From an uncultured Acidobacteriota bacterium (lineage in GTDB: Bacteria; Acidobacteriota; JAQAZP01): a stretch of 64,000 nt of DNA. The notes under the pieces were generated by a model. That model was not told the origin of the DNA. It did no database searches and saw only the letters and a program-made list of their open reading frames with translations. Shown here piece after piece: positions 31,061 to 41,324 of this stretch; within the stretch, counting starts at the first letter, position 1, and each line of letters starts with the position of its first letter. Location of the stretch: NCBI GenBank assembly GCA_963836075.1, contig CAWIIB010000001.1, forward strand, positions 64,001 to 128,000, written 5' to 3'. A program made the position numbers and the translations under genes.

Positions 31061-31405
31061 TCAGCTGCTGAAACTCTCGATCGCCTGCAGGTCGGTTTCG
31101 AAGATCTCCAGAACCAGATCGAGATTGGTTATCGAGACCATCTTCGCCACCCGGTCCTGCAGACCGCTCAGTTTGAGCGTGCCGCCGAGAGAGCGAAGCC
31201 GACGGTGGATCTCCATGATTACACCCACGCCGAAGCTGTCGAGGTAGACCACCTGCTTCATGTCCAGCAGGACGTTCAATTCGCCGTTGTCCACGATTTC
31301 GAGCAGATCCGACCTGAACTGGTCGAGCATATCGTGGGTCATCCGGTCAGTGCGAATCCGTATTATCTGAATCTCTCCCTGTTTCTCGGCGGCAAATACA
31401 TCCAT
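31061..31405 (-). CDS. STAS domain anti-sigma factor antagonist (RsbV/SpoIIAA-like)
   Basis: VLLDMKQVVYLDSFGVG with phospho-acceptor Ser; ITNLDLVLEIF. Confidence 0.9.
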   Translation of the reverse strand: MDVFAAEKQGEIQIIRIRTDRMTHDMLDQFRSDLLEIVDNGELNVLLDMKQVVYLDSFGVGVIMEIHRRLRSLGGTLKLSGLQDRVAKMVSITNLDLVLEIFETDLQAIESFSS

Positions 31406-31765
31406 CCTGGACCCCTTGGTTCACTGGTGCGGATACGGCAGACCCCAGTTGTCTGTCGACGTTCCGTCCGGGTTTCTCCGGCCCGCGGTCGGGCGATACG
31501 GGTGACCTCCGGCGGTATCGGTACTGCAAGGCTGCCGGATGAGCCATATCTACCACACGCCTGCGGGGAGAAGCAAACCACTTCGTCCGCCCGGGGCCGG
31601 GAGATTCTGATGGACCCCGTGCGGCTTCCCCGTGTTGACCGGTCACAGCATGTAACGGGGAATCGACGGGAAAGTTCTCTGCCGCGGAAGGATTCTCAGG
31701 GCATGGCCTCTGGCCGCGGGGGTTCGGGGAGGCTATAATCCAGCTTCGCCGACGGAGGGTATGGA

Positions 31766-32221
31766 ATGAAGGCTGTGGAACACGGTGCTCTTTCGCTGGT
31801 TGCCGGGGGATCGCTGTGGCTGCTGTCGGACAGCCTCGCCGCCGGAGCCTCCTGCTTCCTCACCGGGCTGCTGCTGGATCTGGACCACCTGGTGGACTAC
31901 CTCCTGCACCACCCGCGGGCCAACACCCTGGCCGATCTGGTGGATGTCTGTGAGAACTGCCGCCTCCTGCGGGTGGTCCTGCCGCTGCACAGCTGGGAGC
32001 TCCTGCTGCTGGTCCCGCCGGCCCTTGGCCTGTTCCCGGGGCAGCAGGTGCTGGTGGCTGGAACCGCTCTGGGCCTGGGTACGCATTTGCTGGCCGACCA
32101 GCTGTCCAACCCGGTCACCGGCCGGGCGTACTTCCTGATCCACCGCTGGCGAAACGGGTTCCGGCGTTCGGCATTCTTTGATCCCGCGGCCCTGGAACGG
32201 CGCCGCCGGCGGCCGGTTTGA
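31766..32221 (+). CDS. small membrane protein, putative metal-dependent hydrolase (YdjM-like)
   Basis: H near N-terminus, DLDHLVDY, LHSWE, HLLAD in TM context; TATAAT at 31734-31739. Confidence 0.72.
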   Translation: MKAVEHGALSLVAGGSLWLLSDSLAAGASCFLTGLLLDLDHLVDYLLHHPRANTLADLVDVCENCRLLRVVLPLHSWELLLLVPPALGLFPGQQVLVAGTALGLGTHLLADQLSNPVTGRAYFLIHRWRNGFRRSAFFDPAALERRRRRPV

Positions 32222-32246
32222 CACCCCCCGGCCCGCCCGCTAAAAT
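32218..32246 (+). promoter_or_regulatory. sigma70 promoter of dnaB
   Basis: TTGACA-17 bp-TAAAAT. Confidence 0.75.
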
Positions 32247-32313
32247 CCACTTTTCACGGAATCCACTATCCATCGTCCGCAGTGCGGAATCGCCCAGACA
32301 TCGGAGTAGGCCC

Positions 32314-33681
32314 ATGCCAGCACCCCCCCCGGGCAGCCAGAGATCCATGCCGCGCAACCTGGAAGCCGAGCAATCCGTGCTCGGGGCCATCATTCTTGAC
32401 GAGCAGTGCCTGGACAGCGTTCTCGATATCCTCTCCGTCGAGGACTTCTACCAGGAGGGGCACCGCATCGTCTTCGACACCATGTGCCGCATGGTGGACC
32501 GGGCGAGGCCCATCGACCTGGTGACCCTCAACGAGGAGCTGGAGCGGTCGGGTCAGCTGGAGAAGGCCGGCGGCACGCCCTATGTGGCCCAGCTGGCGGA
32601 CGGGATGCCCCGCACGGTGAACGTGGAGCACTACGCCACCATCGTCAGGGAGCGGGCCACGCTGCGAGCGCTGATCCGGGGCAGCGAGCAGATCATCGAA
32701 AGCTGCTTCGGTTCCGACGATGAGCCGGCCGAGATCCTCGACCGGGCGGAAAATGCCATCTTCGAGATCTCGGAAGGCCGGCAGCGCACCGGGTTCAGCG
32801 AACTGAGCGGGTTGGTGCAGGAGGGCCTGCGCAAGCTGGAGGAGGCCCAGCAGGAGGGGTCGGGATACGGGGGCCTGGCCACCGGTTTCGAGCGGCTGGA
32901 CGAACTGACCAACGGCCTGCAGGCCGGTGAGCTGATCATCATTGCCGCCCGCCCCAGCATGGGCAAGACCGCCATGGCGCTGAACATCGCTCAGCACGCC
33001 GCGCTGCGGCTGGGGAAGAATGCCGCCATCTTCAGCCTCGAGATGTCGGCGGCCCAGCTGGCCCAGCGGCTGCTCTGCACCCGGGCTCGCGTGGATTCTC
33101 AAAAAGTGCGGCGGAAAATGCTGCGGCCCGAGGATTGGCAGAAGCTGGCCGAGGCCGCGGGGCGGCTCTCCACCGCGGGCATCTTCATCGATGACTCTCC
33201 GGGCATCAACGCCCTGGAAATCCGGACCAAGGCCCGCCGGCTGAAAATGGAGAAGGGCCTCGACCTGGTGATCGTCGACTACCTGCAGCTGATGCAGGGG
33301 GTGGGGCGCTTTGAAAACCGCAACCTCGAGGTCTCGGCCATCTCACGGTCGCTGAAGGGGCTGGCCAAGGAACTGAACGTGCCGCTGATCGCCCTCTCCC
33401 AGTTGAGCCGTGCTCCGGAAAGCAGGAGCAACCGCCGGCCCCAGCTGTCCGATCTCCGCGAGTCGGGGTCCCTGGAGCAGGACGCCGATGTGGTGGCCTT
33501 TATCTACCGTGAAGAGCAACACAACCCCACCGATGAAAACGAGGGCCAGGCGGAGCTGATCCTCTCCAAGCAGAGAAACGGTCCCACCGATAATGTGGAA
33601 CTGGTGTTCATAAAAGAGTACACTTGTTTCGAGAATAAATCATATCGGCAGGATTTCATCGGACCGGAATCCCCCCTCTGA
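32314..33681 (+). CDS. dnaB: replicative DNA helicase
   Basis: EAEQSVLG, AARPSMGKT, FSLEMS, VDYLQLM, LSQLSR, DLRESGSLEQDAD, KQRNGP; no intein. Confidence 0.97.
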   Translation: MPAPPPGSQRSMPRNLEAEQSVLGAIILDEQCLDSVLDILSVEDFYQEGHRIVFDTMCRMVDRARPIDLVTLNEELERSGQLEKAGGTPYVAQLADGMPRTVNVEHYATIVRERATLRALIRGSEQIIESCFGSDDEPAEILDRAENAIFEISEGRQRTGFSELSGLVQEGLRKLEEAQQEGSGYGGLATGFERLDELTNGLQAGELIIIAARPSMGKTAMALNIAQHAALRLGKNAAIFSLEMSAAQLAQRLLCTRARVDSQKVRRKMLRPEDWQKLAEAAGRLSTAGIFIDDSPGINALEIRTKARRLKMEKGLDLVIVDYLQLMQGVGRFENRNLEVSAISRSLKGLAKELNVPLIALSQLSRAPESRSNRRPQLSDLRESGSLEQDADVVAFIYREEQHNPTDENEGQAELILSKQRNGPTDNVELVFIKEYTCFENKSYRQDFIGPESPL

Positions 33682-33789
33682 TCGCATCTGTTCAGATTTT
33701 CCAGCCACAGTGCGGCGTTCAGGCGTTCACGGGGCCGGTCCCGGGTGAAGGCACCGGTCCGGCCCCTAAGCAAGGAGTTTCATATCAAG

Positions 33790-34869
33790 ATGAATTTCAT
33801 AGTTGCCCGCACGGTTTTTTTCATACTCTGCTGTCTTATCGGCGCGTTCATCCGCCCCTTCGGGCTTGAGCCGATCTTCGGTGCCCTGGTGGGGGCGGCG
33901 GTGGCCGGGGCGATGGTCAGCATCGAGTTCCGGGTCCGCACCATGCCGTTCCAGATCCTCGCCGGATCGTTTCTCGGCTTTCTCTCCGGTTTCGGAGTGG
34001 GGGTCCTGCTCAGCTACTCACTGGAGCGGCTCTCCTTCTTTCCCGCCGGCCCGATGCTCTTCGCGTTCCAGGTGCTGCTGCTCACCACCCTGAGCTACAT
34101 GGGGTTTGCCGTGGGCGCCCGCAAGGGGGAGGAATTGAGCCTCCGCGACCTGCAGGTGCTGTTCAAGGACGGCGAGGGCCCGGGGAGCCACAAGATCCTC
34201 GACACCAGCGTGATCATCGACGGCCGGATTGCCGATCTCTGCGAGACCGGTTTTCTGGAGGGCGTCCTGGTCCTGCCCCAGTTCATCCTCCGCGAGCTCC
34301 AGTCGGTGGCCGACTCCTCCGATTCGCTCAAGCGCAACCGCGGCCGACGCGGTCTGGACATCCTGCACCGCATCCAGAAGATCAGCTCCGTCGAGGTCCA
34401 GATCACCGAGGAGGAATACACCCAGATCAAGGAGGTGGACCTCAAACTGATCGAACAGGCCCTGGACACCGGGGCCAAGATCGTGACCAACGATTTCAAT
34501 CTGAACAAGGTGTGCCAGCTGCGCGGGGTGGCGGTGCTCAACATCAACGAGCTGGCCAATGCCTTGAAACCGGTGGTGCTCCCCGGCGAGGGGATGAAGG
34601 TTTTCATCCTCAAGGAGGGCAAGGACGCCTCCCAGGGGGTGGCCTATCTCGACGACGGCACCATGGTGGTGGTGGATCACGCCCGGAAGTATATCGGCAA
34701 GACCATCGACATCACGGTCACCAGCGTGCTGCAGACCACGGCGGGCAAGATGATTTTCGGCCGTTACGAATCGGTGGTGGAAGAACCGGCTTCCGGACAG
34801 AACGATGGACCGGCGGACCGCCGTCCGCGGCGGAACAACGGCGCCCCACGCAGCGTGAAATCAGCTTGA
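33790..34869 (+). CDS. membrane-anchored PIN/TRAM domain protein (YacL-like)
   Basis: 4 TMs, KILDTSVIIDGRI, RGRRGLDIL, TNDFNLNKV, YLDDGTMVVV, LQTTAGKMIF. Confidence 0.92.
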   Translation: MNFIVARTVFFILCCLIGAFIRPFGLEPIFGALVGAAVAGAMVSIEFRVRTMPFQILAGSFLGFLSGFGVGVLLSYSLERLSFFPAGPMLFAFQVLLLTTLSYMGFAVGARKGEELSLRDLQVLFKDGEGPGSHKILDTSVIIDGRIADLCETGFLEGVLVLPQFILRELQSVADSSDSLKRNRGRRGLDILHRIQKISSVEVQITEEEYTQIKEVDLKLIEQALDTGAKIVTNDFNLNKVCQLRGVAVLNINELANALKPVVLPGEGMKVFILKEGKDASQGVAYLDDGTMVVVDHARKYIGKTIDITVTSVLQTTAGKMIFGRYESVVEEPASGQNDGPADRRPRRNNGAPRSVKSA

Positions 34870-35844
34870 GGACAAGGTGAAGGTCAGCTCCGCCGGGCCC
34901 AGGCTGATCCGGCCGCCGGGCTGAAGCTCGGAGCGCTGTATCCGCTTGCCGTCAAGTTTCGTCCCGTTGGCGCTGCCCAGGTCCTCCAGCACGAACTTTC
35001 CCTTCTCGAAGCGGATCTGCGCGTGGTAGCGCGAGATCTCCTCCGACTTCAGCGACAGGGTGTTCTTGGTCGAGCGCCCGATGGTGAAGGGGTAGCCCTC
35101 GATGGGCACCTCCCGGGACTGGTCGAGGTAGTTGAGGGTCACGGCGGCCGGGGGCGCATCCTTGCCGCCCACGGTGACGTGGCTGGCGCCGCCGCCGGTC
35201 TCCATGCCCGCCGGGTCGCCGAACAGCGCCATGGGATTGGCATCGCCGGCAGCGGCAGCGGTGGAGGAGAGTTCGTCGGCGCTGCGAATGTCCAAGGTCT
35301 CGTCCAGCGCCGGAGCGGCGGTGGGGTGGGTCCCGTCCCCCGGGGGCGCGATGGCGGCGGGCAGGGGCTGGGTGTCGGTGATCACCGGCGGGCGCTGGCC
35401 CGAGCCGGCCACGGTGCTGTTGCCGAGGATCGTTTCGGCGCCGGCAACCTGTGAGCGCACCTCTTCCAGGCGAGTCCCGATCTCCTGCCGTTTTTCCTTT
35501 TCACCGGCCATCTGCGCGGCGAAGTCCTCCTCCGATTCGAATTCACCGATGTAGCGGCGAAGTTCCAGTTCCTCGATGGACTGGTCGGCCAGCTCTGCAT
35601 CGCCGGTCAGCCGGAGCAGTTCCGACTTCAGCGAGGCCAGGTCACTGCGCAGCGATTCAGCGGCGGCATCCAGGGCGTGCTCCGCGTCGCGAATTTTTCC
35701 GTCGTATTCCGCGGTGAGTTTGGCGTAGGTCTCGCTGCGCACCTGGTCCTTGCGTTCCTCGATCTTCTCCCGCCGGTCCCGCAGCTGGTCCAGTTCGGCA
35801 GTGAGGCGATCCAGTGATTCCAGAACCGTGCGGAATTCGTTCAT
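34861..35844 (-). CDS. coiled-coil + FHA domain protein
   Basis: N-terminal heptad repeats; C-terminal FHA TIGR...ISRYHA...DLGSANGT. Confidence 0.88.
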   Translation of the reverse strand: MNEFRTVLESLDRLTAELDQLRDRREKIEERKDQVRSETYAKLTAEYDGKIRDAEHALDAAAESLRSDLASLKSELLRLTGDAELADQSIEELELRRYIGEFESEEDFAAQMAGEKEKRQEIGTRLEEVRSQVAGAETILGNSTVAGSGQRPPVITDTQPLPAAIAPPGDGTHPTAAPALDETLDIRSADELSSTAAAAGDANPMALFGDPAGMETGGGASHVTVGGKDAPPAAVTLNYLDQSREVPIEGYPFTIGRSTKNTLSLKSEEISRYHAQIRFEKGKFVLEDLGSANGTKLDGKRIQRSELQPGGRISLGPAELTFTLSSS

Positions 35845-35951
35845 CCCTCTTGCTCCCTTGCCGGCCCGGGGCGCCAGGGCCCGGACCACCGGGGCCGGCG
35901 GGGTGAGTGGCCTCCTCCCGCCGGTTCCGGCTGGTCAGATCAGTGAGCTGT

Positions 35952-36824
35952 TCAGCGTCCCAGCGCCTCCAGCACCCGGTCGCCCAGGTCAGCGGGGCTC
36001 TCGCAGACCGTGATGCCGGCCTCGCGCAGAGCGGCCATCTTTTCCGCCGCGGTGCCCTTGCCCCCGGAGATGATGGCGCCGGCGTGGCCCATCCGTTTCC
36101 CCGGAGGGGCCGTGGCGCCGGCGATGAAGGCCACCACCGGCTTGGTCACGTGCTCCTTGACGTAGGCCGCGGCTTCCTCTTCGGCGGTGCCGCCGATCTC
36201 GCCGATCATCACCACCGCTTTGGTCTCGTCGTCCTTCTGGAACAGTTCGAGGCAGTCGATGAAGTTGGTGCCGTTCACCGGGTCACCGCCGATGCCGATG
36301 CAGGTGGACTGGCCCAGGCCGCGGGTGGTCACCTGGTGCACCGCTTCGTAGGTCAGGGTGCCGCTGCGCGAGATCACGCCAACCTCGCCCTCGCGGTGGA
36401 CGAATCCGGGCATGATCCCGATTTTCGCCTTGCCCGGGGAGATGACGCCGGGGCAGTTGGGGCCCACCAGGCGGGTTTTCTTGCCCTCCATGTAGCGGCG
36501 GACGGTGACCATGTCGATGGTGGGAATCCCCTCGGTGATACAGATCACCAGGTCCAGCCCGGCGTCCACCGCCTCCATGATCGCGTCGGCGGCAAAGGGC
36601 GGGGGAACGAAGATCACCGAGGCGTTGGCTCCCTGGGCTGCTACGGCCTCGGCCACCGTGTCATAGACCGGACGGTCCAGCACGGTCTGGCCGCCCTTGC
36701 CCGGGGTGACCCCGGCCACCACCTTGGTGCCGTACTCGATCATCTGCTCGGCGTGGAACATGCCTTCCTTGCCGGTGAACCCCTGGACCACCAGCCGTGT
36801 ATTCGAATCAACAAGAATGCTCAT
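35952..36824 (-). CDS. sucD: succinyl-CoA synthetase alpha subunit
   Basis: [35 protein letters not shown]. Confidence 0.97.
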   Translation of the reverse strand: MSILVDSNTRLVVQGFTGKEGMFHAEQMIEYGTKVVAGVTPGKGGQTVLDRPVYDTVAEAVAAQGANASVIFVPPPFAADAIMEAVDAGLDLVICITEGIPTIDMVTVRRYMEGKKTRLVGPNCPGVISPGKAKIGIMPGFVHREGEVGVISRSGTLTYEAVHQVTTRGLGQSTCIGIGGDPVNGTNFIDCLELFQKDDETKAVVMIGEIGGTAEEEAAAYVKEHVTKPVVAFIAGATAPPGKRMGHAGAIISGGKGTAAEKMAALREAGITVCESPADLGDRVLEALGR

Positions 36825-36859
36825 TGCTCTTACCTTCTCCTCCAAGAGGAATTTCCGCG

Positions 36860-38023
36860 TCAGGCGGAAACCTTGACCACCATCTCTGCGGCTTCAGCCA
36901 GGCTGCTCGCCACCTCGAAGCTGAGGTCCGACTCCTCGAGGATCTTCTTCGCCTCGACGGCGTTGGTCCCCTCCAGCCGGATCACCATCGGCGGCAGGTC
37001 GCCTTCCATGCTGCTCAGCCCCTCGATCACGCCCCGGGCCACCCGGTCGCAGCGGACGATGCCGCCGAAGATATTGATCAGCACCGCCTTGACGTTGGGG
37101 TCGGCGGTGATGATGCGGAAGGCGCTGCTCACCGTCTCCGCATTGGCCGTGCCGCCCACGTCGAGGAAGTTGGCCGGGCTGCCGCCGGCCAGCTTGATGA
37201 TGTCCATGGTGGCCATGGCCAGGCCGGCGCCGTTGACCATGCAGCCCACGGTGCCGTCAAGCTTGATGTAGTTCAGGTTGTATTTCGAAGCCTCGATCTC
37301 CAGCGGCTCCTCTTCCTCCAGGTCGCGGTATTCGAGGATATCCTTGTGCCGGAACAGTGCGTTGTCGTCAAAGCTCAGCTTGGCGTCCAGGGCTACGACC
37401 TCGTTGTCGCCGGTGATCACCAGCGGGTTGATCTCCACCATCGAGGCGTCGGTGGCGGTGAACACCTTGTAGAGCTTGAGGATCGCTTTGGCCAGGTTAC
37501 CCGCGGCCTTCTTGTCCAGGTCGAGGGCAAAGGCCAGTTTGCGGGCCTGGAAGGGCAGCAGGCCGGTGGCCGGGTCCACGTGCTCCTTGATGATCGCCTC
37601 CGGCGTCTCGGCGGCCACCTTTTCGATCTCCATGCCGCCGGCGGCACTGAGCATCACCAGCGGGCGGGAGGCGGCGCGGTCCACCAGGATGCCGAGGTAG
37701 AGTTCCTGGGCGATGTCCAGGCCTTCCTCCACCAGCAGCCGTTTGACTTCCTTGCCCTCCGGGCCGGTCTGGTGGGTCACCAGGGTCATGCCCAGAATCT
37801 CACCGGCCAGCTGCTTCGCTTCCTCGACACTGTCGGCCAGCTTCACGCCGCCGCCCTTGCCGCGGCCGCCGGCGTGGATCTGTGCCTTGACCACCACCTT
37901 GTCGCTGCCCAGCTCCCGGGCCACCTTTTCGGCCTCTTCAACGCTGAACGCCGCCTCGCCCCGGGGCACGGGGACCCCGAACTTTCTCAGAACGGCCTTG
38001 GCCTGGTACTCGTGAATCTTCAT
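36860..38023 (-). CDS. sucC: succinyl-CoA synthetase beta subunit
   Basis: [44 protein letters not shown]. Confidence 0.97.
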   Translation of the reverse strand: MKIHEYQAKAVLRKFGVPVPRGEAAFSVEEAEKVARELGSDKVVVKAQIHAGGRGKGGGVKLADSVEEAKQLAGEILGMTLVTHQTGPEGKEVKRLLVEEGLDIAQELYLGILVDRAASRPLVMLSAAGGMEIEKVAAETPEAIIKEHVDPATGLLPFQARKLAFALDLDKKAAGNLAKAILKLYKVFTATDASMVEINPLVITGDNEVVALDAKLSFDDNALFRHKDILEYRDLEEEEPLEIEASKYNLNYIKLDGTVGCMVNGAGLAMATMDIIKLAGGSPANFLDVGGTANAETVSSAFRIITADPNVKAVLINIFGGIVRCDRVARGVIEGLSSMEGDLPPMVIRLEGTNAVEAKKILEESDLSFEVASSLAEAAEMVVKVSA

Positions 38024-38190
38024 CAATGCACTCCTGGATGGAAACGGTTGGTACATCCGGAGTCCGGCCGGTTCCGCGGGTGGCGGAAATCCGGTTCGGC
38101 ACCGGATGCCGGATATTTATAAACCTATCATATGCTTAGGCTTACAATCGTCTCGACGGCGGAAACCATAGCAGAAGCAGCAGGTTGTTG

Positions 38191-39557
38191 TCAAGATTTC
38201 GGGCCGGCCTTGCGCTTGCGGCGGCGGATTTCCTCCCAGCGGTCACGAAATCGCTGCTCCATCCCCTCGCTGGTGGGGCGGTAGTAGCGGCGGCCGGCCA
38301 GGTTTTCCGGCAGGCAGTCCATGTCCGCCACCCCCTCCTCGAGGTCGTGGGCGTACTGGTAGCCCCGGCCGTAGCCGGCGGATTTCATCAGCCTGGTGGG
38401 GGCGTTTCTGATGTGCAGCGGCACGGGCAGTGCCGGGTGGCGCTGGATGTCCTTGCGCACCCTGGACCAGGCGGTGTAGATGGCGTTGCTCTTGGGGGTC
38501 AGGGCGAGGTAGACCGCCGCTTCGGCCAGGGCCAGTTCGCCCTCCGGCAGGCCGATGAAGTGCACGGCGTCACGGGCGCTGAGGACCACCCGCAGGGCAT
38601 TGGGGTCGGCCAGCCCCACGTCTTCGGAGGCGAAGCGGACCAGCCGGCGGGCGATGTAGAGCGGGTCCTCCCCGCCGTCCAGCATCCGTCCCAGCCAGTA
38701 GAGCGCTGCGTCGGGGTCGCTGTTGCGCAGGCTCTTGTGCAGGGCGGAGATGATGTTGAAGTGCTCATCGCCGCCCTTGTCGTAATAGAGCGTTTTGCGT
38801 GCGGCCACGCCGGCAACCGTCTCCTGGTCGATGACCAGCTCCCCCCCGGGACCGGGGTCGCGGCTCTCGGCCAGACGGGCGGAGGCCTCGAGCAGGTTCA
38901 GGGCACGGCGGGCGTCACCGTCGGCCAGGGCGGCGATCCGCTCCAGGGCCGCCCCGCCGGCCGAGAGGGGAAGGCGAGCCCAGCCCCTGTTCCTTGTCCA
39001 GCAGGGCCCGGGAGAGGACCTGCTTCATCTCCTCCACGTCCAGCGGCTGGAGTATGTGCACTGCCAGGCGTGAGAGCAGCGGGCCGATCACCTCGAACGA
39101 CGGGTTTTCCGTGGTGGCGCCGATGAGCACGATATCGCCCGATTCCACCCGGGGCAGGAAGGCGTCCTGCTGGGCCTTGTTGAAACGGTGGATCTCGTCG
39201 ACGAAGAGGATGGTCCTGGAGCCGTCCATCCTCCGTTTTCCGGCGGCCTCCTCCATCACCTGCCGCACCTCGCTGGATGCCGGCAAGGACCGCGCTGAAC
39301 TCCACGAAGCGGCTGCGGGTGGTGGCGGCGATCAGCCGGGCCAGGGTGGTCTTTCCCGAGCCGGGCGGGCCCCAGAAGATGCAGGACTGCGGGTCGTCGC
39401 GCTCCACGGCCAGGCGCAGCGGCGTTCCGGGACCGAAGACCTCGCCCTGGCCGACGAAATCGGCCAGGGTGGACGGGCGCATCCGGTCGGCCAGGGGCCG
39501 GTCCGCCGCAGCGCCGCCCTCGAGATTTATCAGATCCCGCTGGCCCGGGGGTTTCAT
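38191..39557 (-). CDS. rarA: replication-associated recombination protein A (two frameshifts, near 39280 and 38970)
   Basis: PLADRMRP, WGPPGSGKTTLA; DEIHRFNKAQQD, GATTENPSF; DGDARR, ISALHKSLRNSDPDA, ASEDVGLADP. Confidence 0.92.
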
Positions 39558-40414
39558 CGGTGCGGCCCTCCCGCCGGCGGGAAGCGGTAGCCGCGCTGCC
39601 GGGCAGCCTCGTAGAGCAGCACGGCGGCGGCCGACCCGACGTTGAGCGAATCGGCTCCGTGGCGCATCGGTATGCTCACCGTCAGATCGGCGGCGGCGAT
39701 ATCGGTGGCGGTCAGGCCTTCGCCTTCGCGGCCCATGAGCAGGGCGAAGGGGCTGCGCAGGTCGCACTCCTGGAGCGGGGTGCCCTCCAGGTGGGCGGCC
39801 ACAACCCTCATCCCCCTGGAGCGGCAGAACGCCAAGGCCAGCTCCAGTGAACCGGCCACCGACACCGGGACCCGGAAGAGGGAACCCATGGCGGTCCGCA
39901 CGGTCTTGGGGTTGAAGGGGTCCACCGTCTCCGGCGTGGTGATCACCCCGTCCGCTCCCGAGGCGTCGGTGGAACGAAAAATCGCCCCGAGGTTTCCCGG
40001 GTCCTGGACCCGGTGGGCCACTACCACCGACCGTGCCGCCCAGGGCGGGAATTCACCCAGCGGGACGTCGTGCCTGGCGGCCACGGCCACCACTCCCTGG
40101 TGCGTCCTGGTTTCGTGGAGCGCGGCCATCAGACTGTCCGGGACGGCGGCCACCCGATCGGCCCGGCCGCCCAGTGTCTCGGCCAGACGCCTGCCGCGCG
40201 GGCTGCGGAACAGCCGCGGGCTGACCAGGGCAACGGGCAGGTCAACACCGGCCGCGGCGGCGTCCTCGACCAGCCGGACCCCTTCGGCGGGGTAGAGCCC
40301 CGACGAACGGCGGAACTTGGCATGTCGCAGGGCGCGCACCCGGCGGACCAGCGGGTTGTCCCTGCTCCTGATCCTTGCCATTCCCTGGGGAATCGCGGCC
40401 TCTCCGTCACCCAT
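39554..40414 (-). CDS. TrmH/SpoU family RNA methyltransferase
   Basis: EGVRLV, QDPGNLGAIFRS, GREGEGL, SLNVGSAAAVLLYE. Confidence 0.92.
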   Translation of the reverse strand: MGDGEAAIPQGMARIRSRDNPLVRRVRALRHAKFRRSSGLYPAEGVRLVEDAAAAGVDLPVALVSPRLFRSPRGRRLAETLGGRADRVAAVPDSLMAALHETRTHQGVVAVAARHDVPLGEFPPWAARSVVVAHRVQDPGNLGAIFRSTDASGADGVITTPETVDPFNPKTVRTAMGSLFRVPVSVAGSLELALAFCRSRGMRVVAAHLEGTPLQECDLRSPFALLMGREGEGLTATDIAAADLTVSIPMRHGADSLNVGSAAAVLLYEAARQRGYRFPPAGGPHR

Positions 40415-40572
40415 GGCTGCCGCCTCCTTCACGGCTCGACGTCCGGCCCCGGGCCGGACGTCACTAGCATATGTGCACCGCCTGCGGTCCGCAAGGCCGC
40501 CGGTGGACTCAACTGGTTGACTGTGATATCTTGTTCTGCTTGAACTGGTTGAGTTATAGAGGGTTGACTGCC

Positions 40573-41271
40573 GTGAGCGAGGATGTGCTGCTCAGTCTGG
40601 CACCCCTTCCGGGGACGGAATGGGAAATGGCGCTGGAACGGGCGGCCGCGGTGCTGCACGAGGGCGGTGTCGTCTCTTTTGCCACCGACACCTACTATGC
40701 CCTGGGCGCCGATCCGCTCAACGACACGGCGGTGGATCGCGTATTCAGGATCAAGCGCCGCCGCCGCACGGCGCCGCTTCCGGTGCTGGTGAGCGGATTG
40801 GACCAGGCGGAGACACTGCTGGGCGGTGCGCTCCCCCGGGCGGTGACGCCGCTGCTGGAGGCCTGCTGGCCCGGTCCCCTGACCCTGGTCCTGCCGGCCC
40901 GCCGGCCCCTGCCCCATGGGGTGGCCGGGCCGGACGGGACGGTGGGTCTGCGCTGGCCCGACTGGCCGGTGGCCCAGGCCCTGCTCCGGCGGTTCGGCGG
41001 GGCGATCACCGGCAGCAGCGCCAACCGGTCCGGTGACCACGGCCAGCATCGCGGTTCCGCCGTTCCGGCGGGCCTCGGCGGGGAAGTGGACCTGGTACTG
41101 GACACCGGCCCCTCGCCGGGCGGTCCGGGATCGACGGTGGTGGGTTTTATCGAGCACGGTGGCCGGGCGCGGCTGCGCTTGTTCCGCGCCGGCCGGATCC
41201 CTTTGGAGCGGCTGGCCGAGCTTTCCGGCCTGGAGACGGATACGTCGCCGGCCGGCAGTGACGGCAATTGA
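40573..41271 (+). CDS. tsaC: L-threonylcarbamoyladenylate synthase (Sua5/TsaC)
   Basis: TDTYYALG, IKRR, WPGPLTLV, VGLRWP, SSANRSG, STVV. Confidence 0.88.
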   Translation: MSEDVLLSLAPLPGTEWEMALERAAAVLHEGGVVSFATDTYYALGADPLNDTAVDRVFRIKRRRRTAPLPVLVSGLDQAETLLGGALPRAVTPLLEACWPGPLTLVLPARRPLPHGVAGPDGTVGLRWPDWPVAQALLRRFGGAITGSSANRSGDHGQHRGSAVPAGLGGEVDLVLDTGPSPGGPGSTVVGFIEHGGRARLRLFRAGRIPLERLAELSGLETDTSPAGSDGN

Positions 41272-41324
41272 TTGGTGGCCGGACGGATGTTCCGGTGATA
41301 CTGAAACAACGAAGGAGATCAGCA

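Noticed and set aside
31546-31577. Similarity between the putative STAS promoter (TTGCTT..CCGCAGGCG) and the pyrR promoter
   Set aside because: Short GC-rich match in the spacer at different offsets, with no functional link between the genes.
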